Positions 29,922-38,889 of a DNA stretch of 64,000 bases are shown in pieces. The stretch comes from an uncultured Planctomycetia bacterium (GTDB lineage: Bacteria > Omnitrophota > Gorgyraeia > S143-82). The stretch covers positions 3,794 through 67,793 of the forward strand of contig CAYXYY010000054.1 of the NCBI GenBank assembly GCA_964469495.1, read 5' to 3'. The position numbers and the translations under genes are program-made. How positions within the stretch are numbered: position 1 is the first letter of the stretch; each line of letters begins with the position of its first letter. Below the pieces are notes generated by a model. The model saw only the letters and a program-made list of their open reading frames with translations, was not told where the DNA came from and made no database searches.

Positions 29922-29929
29922 ATATCCTC

Positions 29930-30925
29930 CTAATTCCTAATAAAAAATTCTATTATCCTCTGCTTTTTTAAAACAGAAATCTTATTTGGCAAATCTAATC
30001 TACCTCCGTTAGGCCATTCCTCTAGTAAAGAGACAAACTCATTCCAGTGTCTAAACTCCAATCCAACATGATCGCCCTTCAAATAGACGTAAGCCAAACG
30101 AAACAACATACGCTGCATTGACAGATGCAATTTACAAAACCGCGCATAAGCAAAGGCTATCCTATAATCATCCAAATGCAAACATATATTGGCAAAAACT
30201 TCCTTTGCATGAGATTCAATAAAGTCATAATCAACACTTAAAACACTGCTCAACGTAGAAATATGCTCTTTAATCCTGTTATTATAACTGTTTTCTATCA
30301 AAGGTAAAAGCTCTAAACGTATCTTATTCCTATCAAATGACAAATCTTTATTCGATACGTCTTCTCTATACTGTATATTATTACGAAGGAGAAAATCCAG
30401 TATCTCTGTTTTTTTAGAAAACAACAATGGCCTGATTATCGTAAACCTGCCCCTTACGGAAACAGGCCCCATACCTTTAATGCCCTGCAATCCACTGCCC
30501 CGTATCAACCTAAAGAAAAACGTCTCTACCTGATCGTCTAAATTGTGTCCCAGACTTATTTTAGAAAACCCGTTTCCCTCTGCAATATGAAACAAAAATC
30601 CATAGCGCCTTTCCCTTAACAGCGCCTCAATGCCCTGTCTCATATTTGTTGAAAAAGACTCCTGCAGTCTATCTGTAAAAAATAGCCAGTCAAATTTCTT
30701 TGCCAAATCTCTGACAAATTCTCCATCCTGCGCAGAATCGGGCCGCTGCGCGTGGTCATAATAAGCAACCCCTATTTTAATCTGCATCTTACTGGACAAA
30801 TACGCAAACAAGTAGAGCATTGCAACAGAATCCGGGCCGCCTGAAACAGCCAAAAGAACAGAATCGTTCTCTTTTACAAGAGAATAGGCCTCTACTGTAT
30901 GAAGTGCGCTTGACAGGACTTTCAT
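29930..30925 (-). CDS. tilS: tRNA(Ile)-lysidine synthetase
   Basis: It has the PP-loop SVLLAVSGGPDSVAML. The start was chosen at MKVLSSAL because the longer ORF would overlap the adjacent tRNA. Confidence 0.8.
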   Translation of the reverse strand: MKVLSSALHTVEAYSLVKENDSVLLAVSGGPDSVAMLYLFAYLSSKMQIKIGVAYYDHAQRPDSAQDGEFVRDLAKKFDWLFFTDRLQESFSTNMRQGIEALLRERRYGFLFHIAEGNGFSKISLGHNLDDQVETFFFRLIRGSGLQGIKGMGPVSVRGRFTIIRPLLFSKKTEILDFLLRNNIQYREDVSNKDLSFDRNKIRLELLPLIENSYNNRIKEHISTLSSVLSVDYDFIESHAKEVFANICLHLDDYRIAFAYARFCKLHLSMQRMLFRLAYVYLKGDHVGLEFRHWNEFVSLLEEWPNGGRLDLPNKISVLKKQRIIEFFIRN

Positions 30926-30935
30926 AAACAAAAAA

Positions 30936-31009
30936 TGGCGGTGACTGGATTTGAACCAGTGACGCCACGGGTATGAGCCGTGTGCTCTAACCAACTGAGC
31001 TACACCGCC
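30936..31009 (-). tRNA. tRNA with CAT anticodon (elongator tRNA-Met type; tRNA-Ile2/lysidine not excluded)
   Basis: The 74-nt minus-strand sequence is GGCGGTGTAGCTCAGTTGGTTAGAGCACACGGCTCATACCCGTGGCGTCACTGGTTCAAATCCAGTCACCGCCA. It folds as a cloverleaf with a 7-bp acceptor stem. The anticodon loop is CTCATAC. G1-C72 pair, so it is not an initiator. CCA is not encoded. Confidence 0.85.
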
Positions 31010-31080
31010 AAGTAATCTGTTATTTTACCACAAAACATAACTACCACAAGGGAAAATAGCTAATTATAACATTATAAAAA

Positions 31081-31494
31081 TCAATTCTTTAATCGTTTAA
31101 TCCTCCATTCCTCGCCATTAAAAAGAAATATATACGCGCATTCCTTCCATTGCATAAACTCCTTTGCCCTTCCCTTGGGAATGCGGGCAACAGGATTTCC
31201 TGTAAGCACCCATGGCGCATTTAAATGGTTAGTACAGATAATATCATCTTTTTGAGCTATCTGTGATGCCAACTCCATGGCATAGCTCTGCCTCTTTTTC
31301 AGACTATTCATAAAAGGAATTGACTCTGCCATATCTCTTAAAGATAGCAGTACATATAATCCAAGTATAGACAGTGTCATCCATTTAACATAACGTCTAT
31401 CACTAAACACGTAAAATGCGATAAAAAAACAGGAGATTATCACCATAGGCGCGTCTAAAGAATGGAATCTGTTTACATCAGTTGGCCAAAACAC
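31081..31494 (-). CDS. Hypothetical protein, probable C-terminal part of a split polytopic membrane protein
   Basis: It begins with a hydrophobic stretch and then a soluble tail. It overlaps the upstream ORF by 17 nt in a different frame. Confidence 0.35.
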   Translation of the reverse strand: MFWPTDVNRFHSLDAPMVIISCFFIAFYVFSDRRYVKWMTLSILGLYVLLSLRDMAESIPFMNSLKKRQSYAMELASQIAQKDDIICTNHLNAPWVLTGNPVARIPKGRAKEFMQWKECAYIFLFNGEEWRIKRLKN

Positions 31495-32389
31495 CGAAAA
31501 ACTCCTTTACATACATAAAGGCAAATAAGGCAGGATACGTCATCAGGATTATCAACGAAGAAACAATAAGTTTTCGCGCATCCTCCTTTTCCCAAAACCT
31601 CTTTAATGCAATAAAAACAGAGAAAAAGAAAAGCATTCTAACAGGGTCTATAAACAATCTGCTCAAGCGCTCTCCATAAGCCCTTAAAAAGGCAAGCGCG
31701 TCAGGCGCATTGTGTCCTGTCTTGCTAATGAATTGCGTTGGATGTATATACAATTTCGGATAAAGTTGATGAAAAAACACAAGACAGACGGCCTCATATA
31801 AAAGGGCTATCAATATAAAAGCGAACCAGAACCTGCGCCTGTCTTTTTTAAAAAACAAAACCGAAAGAACAAGCATCGGCAGGACATATTGCGGCCGTGT
31901 TAAAAACATCATCCCTGTCAATATCCCCAACAACGAGTTTTTATCGGGATAAAAGAATAATACAAACAAAAAAACCGACATCAAAAATAGTGCCAAACCC
32001 TCTGTCCATGGATATAACGCAATGACCAGCAAAGGCATAGTAAGATAGGCCGTTAGAACAGAAATAAAGGCTATCCTTATATCCATAAACCTTTTTGCCA
32101 AAAGGAAAAACACCTGCGCAGAAAACACAACAAATAACATATTAATAAAAGAAACAAAAACAAGCCCGCCCATCAGAAAAGTTGCGCCTGCAATAATCGG
32201 CCATAAAGGCGGAATATATGGCAAGGAAGGGAAAAAGGCGCCCGGAGTCGCCTGATACAAGTCAAACCCCAAGAACGGAAAACCTCTCCACAAACGCACT
32301 CCCATATCAATATACAAGTTGGAATCAGCCGTTGTAAAACCACCCATAGCCAAAGGGAGGTAAACACAAAACAAAATCGCAAACAACAA
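31478..32389 (-). CDS. Hypothetical polytopic membrane protein (GT-C-fold-like), possibly the N-terminal part of a frameshifted gene
   Basis: It has about 9 hydrophobic segments rich in aromatic residues. No motif confirms a family. Confidence 0.4.
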   Translation of the reverse strand: MLFAILFCVYLPLAMGGFTTADSNLYIDMGVRLWRGFPFLGFDLYQATPGAFFPSLPYIPPLWPIIAGATFLMGGLVFVSFINMLFVVFSAQVFFLLAKRFMDIRIAFISVLTAYLTMPLLVIALYPWTEGLALFLMSVFLFVLFFYPDKNSLLGILTGMMFLTRPQYVLPMLVLSVLFFKKDRRRFWFAFILIALLYEAVCLVFFHQLYPKLYIHPTQFISKTGHNAPDALAFLRAYGERLSRLFIDPVRMLFFFSVFIALKRFWEKEDARKLIVSSLIILMTYPALFAFMYVKEFFGVLAN

Positions 32390-32417
32390 AAAGGGATATA
32401 TGAAATCAGGCCTCGCC

Positions 32418-34358
32418 TTAATAGTAAAAACCCCCTCCAGATATGCCGGCAGGAGAAAAATCCTGATAACCGTCTGCCGGCAGTTCCTCTATGAAACTGC
32501 TTCTTCTCTCAAAATATCCCCCTGCCCTGTAATCAAACCCCATCGCAGGAGAAGTAATAACGAGATATTTTTTTGCCCGCGTTATCGCGACATAAAAGAG
32601 ACGGCGTTCCTCCTCCACAAAGCGCTCTTCTTTCATGCTCTTTGAATGGGGAAACTGCCCGTCAACAACACCCATAACAAAAACAACCTCCCATTCTAAT
32701 CCCTTTGCCTGATGCACGGTTGACAAAATAATACTTTCTTCAGGCTGAGAACCTGCCTCCTTTTTGAAATTTTCAGTGATACCTATATCGGAAAACAATG
32801 CCTCTAAGTCATCATATCCTCTCAAAAAATCCATAAGAAACACGAGGTCTTCCTGACGAGAGGCCGCATCGTCGAAATTCTGCGTCAAATACTCCAGATA
32901 ACCGCTTTCTATGATTATTCGCGAGGCCTCATATAACGACACACCGTCTATCTGCAAAAAGATATCGGCAACGACATTAACCGCTTCCTTTGCCTTTTTA
33001 GGCACCCTTTTAAGTTGGCCAATCTGATCTAATAACCTGTTAAAGTCAATATTGCCCAAGAGAGTGAACAGCTTGCGCGCCGTCTGAGGCCCAACACCCG
33101 GATACATACAAAGAATCCTCTGCCACGCCAAATAATCTTTGGGGTTATACAGCAGCCTCAAATATGCAAGCACGTCTTTTATGTGGGCCTGTTCAAAAAA
33201 CCTGATTCCGCCGCGCATAATATAAGACAGTCCCCTGCTTGCCAAAGACAACTCCAATTTTGCAGCGTGATAACTTGAACGAAACAAGACGGCAATGGAC
33301 GATGGGCTTATGCCCTCGTCCAAAAAATCCTCTATGTGGCGCGCGATAAAATGGGCCTCTTCTTCTGCCGTTGAAAGCCTAACCACCAAAGGCAGTTCGC
33401 CTTCCTTTTCATAAACCGCCTGCAATGCCTTTTGAAATCCACGGGCATTATTCCTTATAGAGGTATTTGCCAGATAAACAACCTGAGGCGTGCTCCTGTA
33501 ATTCTTTTCTAAATGAAACACCTTGACATTGTTATATTCCTTTGGAAAATCCAATATATTCTCAACAGTCGCGCCTCGAAAGGAATAAATACTTTGCGCA
33601 TCGTCGCCTACCACCAGAAGGTTTTTGTGATAAGAAGAAAAAAGAGATACTATCTTTGCCTGAATCAGACTAGTATCCTGATACTCATCAACCATAACAT
33701 AACGAAACTGCCTGCTATAACGCTCTCTGATATCTTGATGATCCGACAACAGCTTATACAAAAAAAATATAAGGTCGTCAAAATCCATTAAATTGCCATC
33801 TACCTTGCGTTGTTTATACTGTATAAAGACCTCTTTTATCTTATAAAAAAACTCATTATATTCCGGATAATCCTCCATAATCACCTGCCAATCCATCATC
33901 TTATTGACGGCAAGCCCTTTTACCGCGTCGAAGAAACCGGCAGAAGGAAACCCCTTTATCCCCTCGTCATTAACATCCCTAATGCACTGGGCAAACAAGG
34001 CCTTGGAATCCTCGCTATCCATAATAACAAAATTCTGCGGATAACCTATCCTCGGGGCATATTTCCTCAAGATACGATTTGCGACATGATGGAACGTGCC
34101 TCCCCAAATACCCTTTGGAGATATACCTGTTATCTGCTCAACTCGCGAGGTCATCTCTTTCGCCGCTTTGATAGTAAACGTCAAAAGAAGAATTTCATTT
34201 GGCGACACACCCTGTTCTATCAACTTTGCAACCCTGTAAACCAAAGTCCTGGTCTTGCCGCTTCCTGCGCCTGCAAGAACAAGACACCGGCCGTCGCCAT
34301 TCATCACAACATCCAACTGCTCGTCGTTCAAAGCAGAAGCATAATCTATTTTTTCCAT
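32418..34358 (-). CDS. ATP-dependent DNA helicase, UvrD/PcrA/Rep family
   Basis: It has the Walker A VLAGAGSGKTRTLVYRVA, an MVDEYQDTS motif II, and downstream helicase motifs. Confidence 0.85.
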   Translation of the reverse strand: MEKIDYASALNDEQLDVVMNGDGRCLVLAGAGSGKTRTLVYRVAKLIEQGVSPNEILLLTFTIKAAKEMTSRVEQITGISPKGIWGGTFHHVANRILRKYAPRIGYPQNFVIMDSEDSKALFAQCIRDVNDEGIKGFPSAGFFDAVKGLAVNKMMDWQVIMEDYPEYNEFFYKIKEVFIQYKQRKVDGNLMDFDDLIFFLYKLLSDHQDIRERYSRQFRYVMVDEYQDTSLIQAKIVSLFSSYHKNLLVVGDDAQSIYSFRGATVENILDFPKEYNNVKVFHLEKNYRSTPQVVYLANTSIRNNARGFQKALQAVYEKEGELPLVVRLSTAEEEAHFIARHIEDFLDEGISPSSIAVLFRSSYHAAKLELSLASRGLSYIMRGGIRFFEQAHIKDVLAYLRLLYNPKDYLAWQRILCMYPGVGPQTARKLFTLLGNIDFNRLLDQIGQLKRVPKKAKEAVNVVADIFLQIDGVSLYEASRIIIESGYLEYLTQNFDDAASRQEDLVFLMDFLRGYDDLEALFSDIGITENFKKEAGSQPEESIILSTVHQAKGLEWEVVFVMGVVDGQFPHSKSMKEERFVEEERRLFYVAITRAKKYLVITSPAMGFDYRAGGYFERRSSFIEELPADGYQDFSPAGISGGGFYY

Positions 34359-35935
34359 ATTACATTCCTTACATATTCAAAGATCAAAACAATACTCAAG
34401 GCCATCAAAGAAAGACTGAGAAAAAACAATATCCAACTGCCTGTTGAGACATATTTCACAGCCCCTATATACAAAGCGCTAATCGTAACCAAAAACATAA
34501 AACCGGAAAAGGCCATCGCAATAGAAGAATTTTTCCCATTTTTAGACAAAAACGATGCCAGGACCAAAAGCACAATTGCGGCGATCAACTGATTAGCCGA
34601 ACCAAAAACCGGCCACAACGCCTGATAAGAACCGGTTATAGCCAAAAACATCGCCGGCAAAATAATGACCAGCGCAGATAAAAACCTGTCTCTGATAGGC
34701 AAAAGTTCCTGCGCGATATACCTGCCCAATCTGGTAGCCGTATCCAATGTCGTTAATATAAAGGCATTTAGCATAATCACAGCAAAGGCCTTACCCCACT
34801 GCCCTAACACAGGTCTGGTAATGAACAAATACGCATCGGCAAAGGCATTAATAGGGCCCTGCGTCTTTATTGCCTGCGCAAGGGACGATACATCTGCATA
34901 TGCGGAAGAAATCGCCAAGACAGTTAATAAGGCAAGCGCGCCTTCCGCAAGCATACCGCCATATGCAACCTTTCTCGCATCCTTGTAATGGCTTATTTGT
35001 TTGGCAGTTGTTCCGCTTGAGACCAATGAATGAAAACCTGAAATAGCGCCGCATGCAATCGTCACGAAAAGAAAAGGAAACAAACTGCTATTAGACGGAC
35101 CCTTGCCAGAAGAAACAAAGGACTCCAGTCTAATTACAGGATGCGATGCAAATATGCCTATATATCCGACAATTAAACCGAAAAACAACAAATACGAAGA
35201 CAAATAATCCCTTGGTTGAAGCAGATATTGCACTGGGGTAATAGAAGCGAATAAGGCATACAACAACAGCAACACAATCCAGGCAGCCATCGCATGCTCA
35301 CCGGATATAGAAACAGGGAACGCCTTGCCAACCAACAGCAAAAATGACAGCAGGGCAACTCCGATAAATGTCACGGGCAGCAAAAGCCACTTTCTGACAT
35401 ACATTAAAACCCCGGTCAAAACAGCAACAGGAATCAACCCCAAAGAAGGAACAACCGCCTCTTTAGACACAATAAAAGTTTTCGCGGCAAAAAATGCAAA
35501 GACAGCCACTATGAGGATTAACGCCAAAAGTAGAAAAACGGAAAAGACAAGTTTTGCGCGTTTGGAAATCACCTCTTCGCTTATCGCTCCGATAGAACGG
35601 GCCTTACTGCGCATAGATACAACCAATGCCCCGAAATCATGAAACCCTCCAAGAAAAACAGACCCCAGCACTACCCACCAATACGGGGCGACCCAGCCCC
35701 ACATAGATATAGCCAAAACAGGCCCTATTATAGGGGCTGCGCCTGCGATTGAGGAAAAATGATGCCCAAACAGCACAAACCACTTTGCAGGATAAAAATC
35801 AACTCCGTCTTTAAGTTCATTTGCGGGAGTAGGGCTTGAAAAATCCTCAACAAACAGGCCTTCTATAAACCTTCCGTATAAGGAAAACCCGAGAGAAAAA
35901 AAGAGAAGCCCGGCCAAAGCCAATAAAATCGCCAT
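34346..35935 (-). CDS. cstA: Carbon starvation protein A family transporter
   Basis: It has the polytopic CstA N-terminus (GRFIEGLF...PANELKDGVDFYPAKWFVLFGHHFSSIAGAAPIIGPV). Confidence 0.75.
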   Translation of the reverse strand: MAILLALAGLLFFSLGFSLYGRFIEGLFVEDFSSPTPANELKDGVDFYPAKWFVLFGHHFSSIAGAAPIIGPVLAISMWGWVAPYWWVVLGSVFLGGFHDFGALVVSMRSKARSIGAISEEVISKRAKLVFSVFLLLALILIVAVFAFFAAKTFIVSKEAVVPSLGLIPVAVLTGVLMYVRKWLLLPVTFIGVALLSFLLLVGKAFPVSISGEHAMAAWIVLLLLYALFASITPVQYLLQPRDYLSSYLLFFGLIVGYIGIFASHPVIRLESFVSSGKGPSNSSLFPFLFVTIACGAISGFHSLVSSGTTAKQISHYKDARKVAYGGMLAEGALALLTVLAISSAYADVSSLAQAIKTQGPINAFADAYLFITRPVLGQWGKAFAVIMLNAFILTTLDTATRLGRYIAQELLPIRDRFLSALVIILPAMFLAITGSYQALWPVFGSANQLIAAIVLLVLASFLSKNGKNSSIAMAFSGFMFLVTISALYIGAVKYVSTGSWILFFLSLSLMALSIVLIFEYVRNVIWKK

Positions 35936-35936
35936 A

Positions 35937-37145
35937 TCAGACTCCTTCTTTTAGGAAGAGGCGCGCCAATTCCTCTCCACTAGGCACCACCACATCAGCG
36001 CCGCTTGCAGAGGCCTCAGAAAAATCAACCGCCCCGCTTGCAGGAACGCCGCCGCCCCATAAGACAAAACCAACAGGATCGCTCGTATGGCTCCGCAGGG
36101 CAACAGGCGTGGGATGGTCAGGGGCAACCAGTATCCTGCCACCAACCTCTTTCATATACTCGGCAACCGTTTTCACAATAACCTGATCAAACCTTTCAAT
36201 CGCCTTGATTTTCTCGTCTATGTGTCCGTTATGCCCGGCCTCATCTGTTGCCTCAACATGTATCATTACAAAATCCTTATCCCTGAGAGCATCAATACCT
36301 GCTTGGGCCTTGCCCCTATAATTCGTATCATAATAACCGGTTGCGCCTTCCACCTCTATTATATCCAGTCCTATCTTACGGCCAAGGCCTTTAAGCAAAT
36401 CAACAGCAGAAATTAACGCTCCCTCAATCCCAAACTTCTCCTTAAATGCCGGCATGTCAACGCCTATGCCCTGTCCCCACAACCATATCATCGTGGCAGG
36501 ATTTTCCTTTAAATCTATCCTGACCTTATTTACCTGCGCCTTCGCCAAGACGTCTTGAGAAGCTATAATCAAATCAACCAAGGCCTTTTCTATCCTCTTA
36601 TTATCGCAACTTGGAAGATACGGCGCAATCTCCTTGCCGATAATATCATGTGGAGGAGTGCACTTTACCTTCAAAAAGTCCCTAAAATCCTTATCCTTCA
36701 TGACCAACAAATTTCTATAACTAGTGCCCGAAAAAAAACGAATGGAATCACTGCCAAGCGCGCGGTTCAAATCGTCTATCAGATACTCTGCTTCAGATGT
36801 GCTTATATGCCCTGCGCTATAGTCCACCATCTTCCCGGAAGAGACCGTCACAAAATTGCACCTGAATGCAACCTCCTGCTCGCCGATATCAACACCCAAA
36901 TTCGCGGCTTCCAAAGGCGCCCTGCCTGAATAATAAGAAGACGGATTATACCCCAGCAAACTCATATTAGCCACATCGCTCCCGGGATGAAATCCTTCAG
37001 GCACTGTATGGACAAGGCCAATCATACCTTCTTTTGCAAGCCTGTCCATATTAGGGGTATTTGCCACTTGCAAAGGAGTTTTTCCCCCCAAGGACTTGAC
37101 AGGCACATCCCACATACCATCTGGAACCAATAAAGCGAATTTCAT
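35937..37145 (-). CDS. ApgM-family metalloenzyme, copy 2 (cofactor-independent phosphoglycerate mutase or the related proposed homoserine kinase clade)
   Basis: It shows MKFALLVPDGMWDVP...TPLQVANTPNMDRLA and a C-terminal APDHPTP motif. The start was chosen at MKFALL. Confidence 0.65.
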   Translation of the reverse strand: MKFALLVPDGMWDVPVKSLGGKTPLQVANTPNMDRLAKEGMIGLVHTVPEGFHPGSDVANMSLLGYNPSSYYSGRAPLEAANLGVDIGEQEVAFRCNFVTVSSGKMVDYSAGHISTSEAEYLIDDLNRALGSDSIRFFSGTSYRNLLVMKDKDFRDFLKVKCTPPHDIIGKEIAPYLPSCDNKRIEKALVDLIIASQDVLAKAQVNKVRIDLKENPATMIWLWGQGIGVDMPAFKEKFGIEGALISAVDLLKGLGRKIGLDIIEVEGATGYYDTNYRGKAQAGIDALRDKDFVMIHVEATDEAGHNGHIDEKIKAIERFDQVIVKTVAEYMKEVGGRILVAPDHPTPVALRSHTSDPVGFVLWGGGVPASGAVDFSEASASGADVVVPSGEELARLFLKEGV

Positions 37146-37193
37146 AGACACAATGATACGAGATACAGACCTGAATTGCAAGAGAAAAGGGAA

Positions 37194-37529
37194 TTATGCG
37201 CCGAACATATCTTCAGCTATTTTGCTGGCAACCTCATCCATAGGAAGGTCGGAACCATCTGTCTTTGCCATCTCTTCTTTCATTCTCCTCACCCTTTCAG
37301 GCCCTTGTTCCTTAACCTCTTCGGCCTTTTGTTCCAAGAACCTGCGATATGCCTCTTGGGCTGATGCCAGTTTCCTCGCTTCTTGAGAGAGCTCCACCTT
37401 ATCGGCATTATCAACCTGTGAAGGGTTTGCCTGTTGCTTGCGCGCACGGGCCCTTTCGGCCTCGCGCATACGGGCTTCCTGCATCTGACCTGAATTGACT
37501 TTGTTTCCTAACCCATTGATATTATTCAT
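37194..37529 (-). CDS. flgM: Anti-sigma-28 factor FlgM-like protein
   Basis: This small protein has a C-terminus (ERVRRMKEEMAKTDGSDLPMDEVASKIAEDMF) that aligns with the FlgM sigma-28-binding helix ([27 protein letters not shown]). Its internal VELSQEARKL aligns with FlgM VTLSDAQAKL. It is preceded by a near-consensus sigma-28 promoter. The start was chosen at the ATG with a GAGAGG RBS. Confidence 0.55.
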   Translation of the reverse strand: MNNINGLGNKVNSGQMQEARMREAERARARKQQANPSQVDNADKVELSQEARKLASAQEAYRRFLEQKAEEVKEQGPERVRRMKEEMAKTDGSDLPMDEVASKIAEDMFGA

Positions 37530-37561
37530 ATTTTCCTCTCTAGTTTCCTCCTTCACCTATA

Positions 37562-37588
37562 TTATCGCCCGTTTCTTGATTCTCTTTA
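37562..37588 (-). promoter_or_regulatory. Sigma-28 (FliA) class promoter: TAAA-N15-GGCGATAA
   Basis: The minus strand reads TAAAgagaatcaagaaacgGGCGATAA. This matches the consensus TAAA-N15-GCCGATAA at 11/12 positions, about 8 nt upstream of the predicted 5' end of flgM. Confidence 0.6.
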
Positions 37589-37660
37589 GTAAAAATTCCC
37601 CTGTTTGGACAAAAACTTAACACATACTTGCAGATACGTCAACTTTTTATATCAAAAAAA

Positions 37661-38881
37661 TCAGGCAAAAAGGCCCTGCAAAGGCCGTTCAATCTCCACT
37701 TTCCCATAGACACCATCACAACCCGGTTTGATCTCAACCCTTCCCTCACGCATATTTTTTATAAGGGAAAGCACATCATTGTTTATCCTGCCAATATAAT
37801 TCTCAAGGTCCTCATACAGCAACAACTTTAATTCCGGAACAAGGCCAACTATCTTCTCATATTCAGCCAAAACGGTCTTTGCGGCCTTGCCTTTGGCCTT
37901 AACAAAAGATATCAATTCCACCAACGGCACGATATAACGCGCCTTATCGGAAATCCTGTTTTCCTCTTTGTCCTTTAATGTCCAGACCCTATTTAATACA
38001 CCTATTGTAAGGGGCCTTCCGCAGACAGGACACAGTCCCCTATCTGCCAACGTCTCTTTGGGATGCAGGCACACGCCACATTCTCTGTGCCCGTCATAGT
38101 GATATTTCCCCTCTTCAGGAAAAAACTCAATAGTCTCTTTAAACCGCTGGCCTTTTTTATCCCGCAAAATCGCTTTTAATTCATAGAAATCCGGTTCTAT
38201 CTCAAAAACATTCGCCTCTCTCCCCAGATTCATAGGCGAATGGGCATCTGAATTGGAAAACAGACGAAACTCGTCTAAAAAAGAACACATCCTGTTCATT
38301 CTTGGATCGGAAGAAAGCCCTGTTTCTAATGCAATGACGTTATCCGGCACACCATCAGGAAAGGCCTCCTGCATAGAATCAAATCCACTGCGCGAACCAA
38401 ACAGGGAATACCACGGCGTCCAGATATGCGCAAAACATACAAAGGAGTCCGGACTAATACGCTTAATTGCCGCGCACATATCCGCAACATCCAATCCGAG
38501 CATAGGCCTGCCGTCCGAATTCAAAGAACCAAAAGAGGATAAATACCTGTTTACTGCCTCCACGTCTTCAAAACACGGACAATAAATCAGGGAATGGACC
38601 CTGCAAGTCCTTTTTGATACGTCTTTGCGAGAAAATATATTACTGACTTCACACCCCAAAACAAACTCAACCCCGTCATATGAGAAAATCCCCCTTTTGT
38701 TTGTGGGTTTGAGGTGCTGGCGCAGATGCTCAAGCCACTGGGGATGAGTAAAATCAGCAGAAGATAGCAGAGATATCCCCTTTTTACGCGCCCAAAACGC
38801 CATATTAGGAATCGTCATATCCTTGCTTGTGGCGCGTGAAAAACAGGAATGCGTATGCAGATCAGCGATATATAAATTCAC
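37661..38881 (-). CDS. PHP-domain phosphoesterase with C-terminal C4 zinc finger, endonuclease Q-like (TIGR00375-type)
   Basis: The N-terminus YIADLHTHSCFSRATSKDM is the PHP metal-binding motif, and the layout resembles archaeal EndoQ. Further His/Asp PHP motifs are present (HIWTPW, NSDAHSP), and the C-terminus carries CGVC...CPVCGRP. Confidence 0.5.
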   Translation of the reverse strand: MNLYIADLHTHSCFSRATSKDMTIPNMAFWARKKGISLLSSADFTHPQWLEHLRQHLKPTNKRGIFSYDGVEFVLGCEVSNIFSRKDVSKRTCRVHSLIYCPCFEDVEAVNRYLSSFGSLNSDGRPMLGLDVADMCAAIKRISPDSFVCFAHIWTPWYSLFGSRSGFDSMQEAFPDGVPDNVIALETGLSSDPRMNRMCSFLDEFRLFSNSDAHSPMNLGREANVFEIEPDFYELKAILRDKKGQRFKETIEFFPEEGKYHYDGHRECGVCLHPKETLADRGLCPVCGRPLTIGVLNRVWTLKDKEENRISDKARYIVPLVELISFVKAKGKAAKTVLAEYEKIVGLVPELKLLLYEDLENYIGRINNDVLSLIKNMREGRVEIKPGCDGVYGKVEIERPLQGLFA

Positions 38882-38889
38882 AAGCCTCC

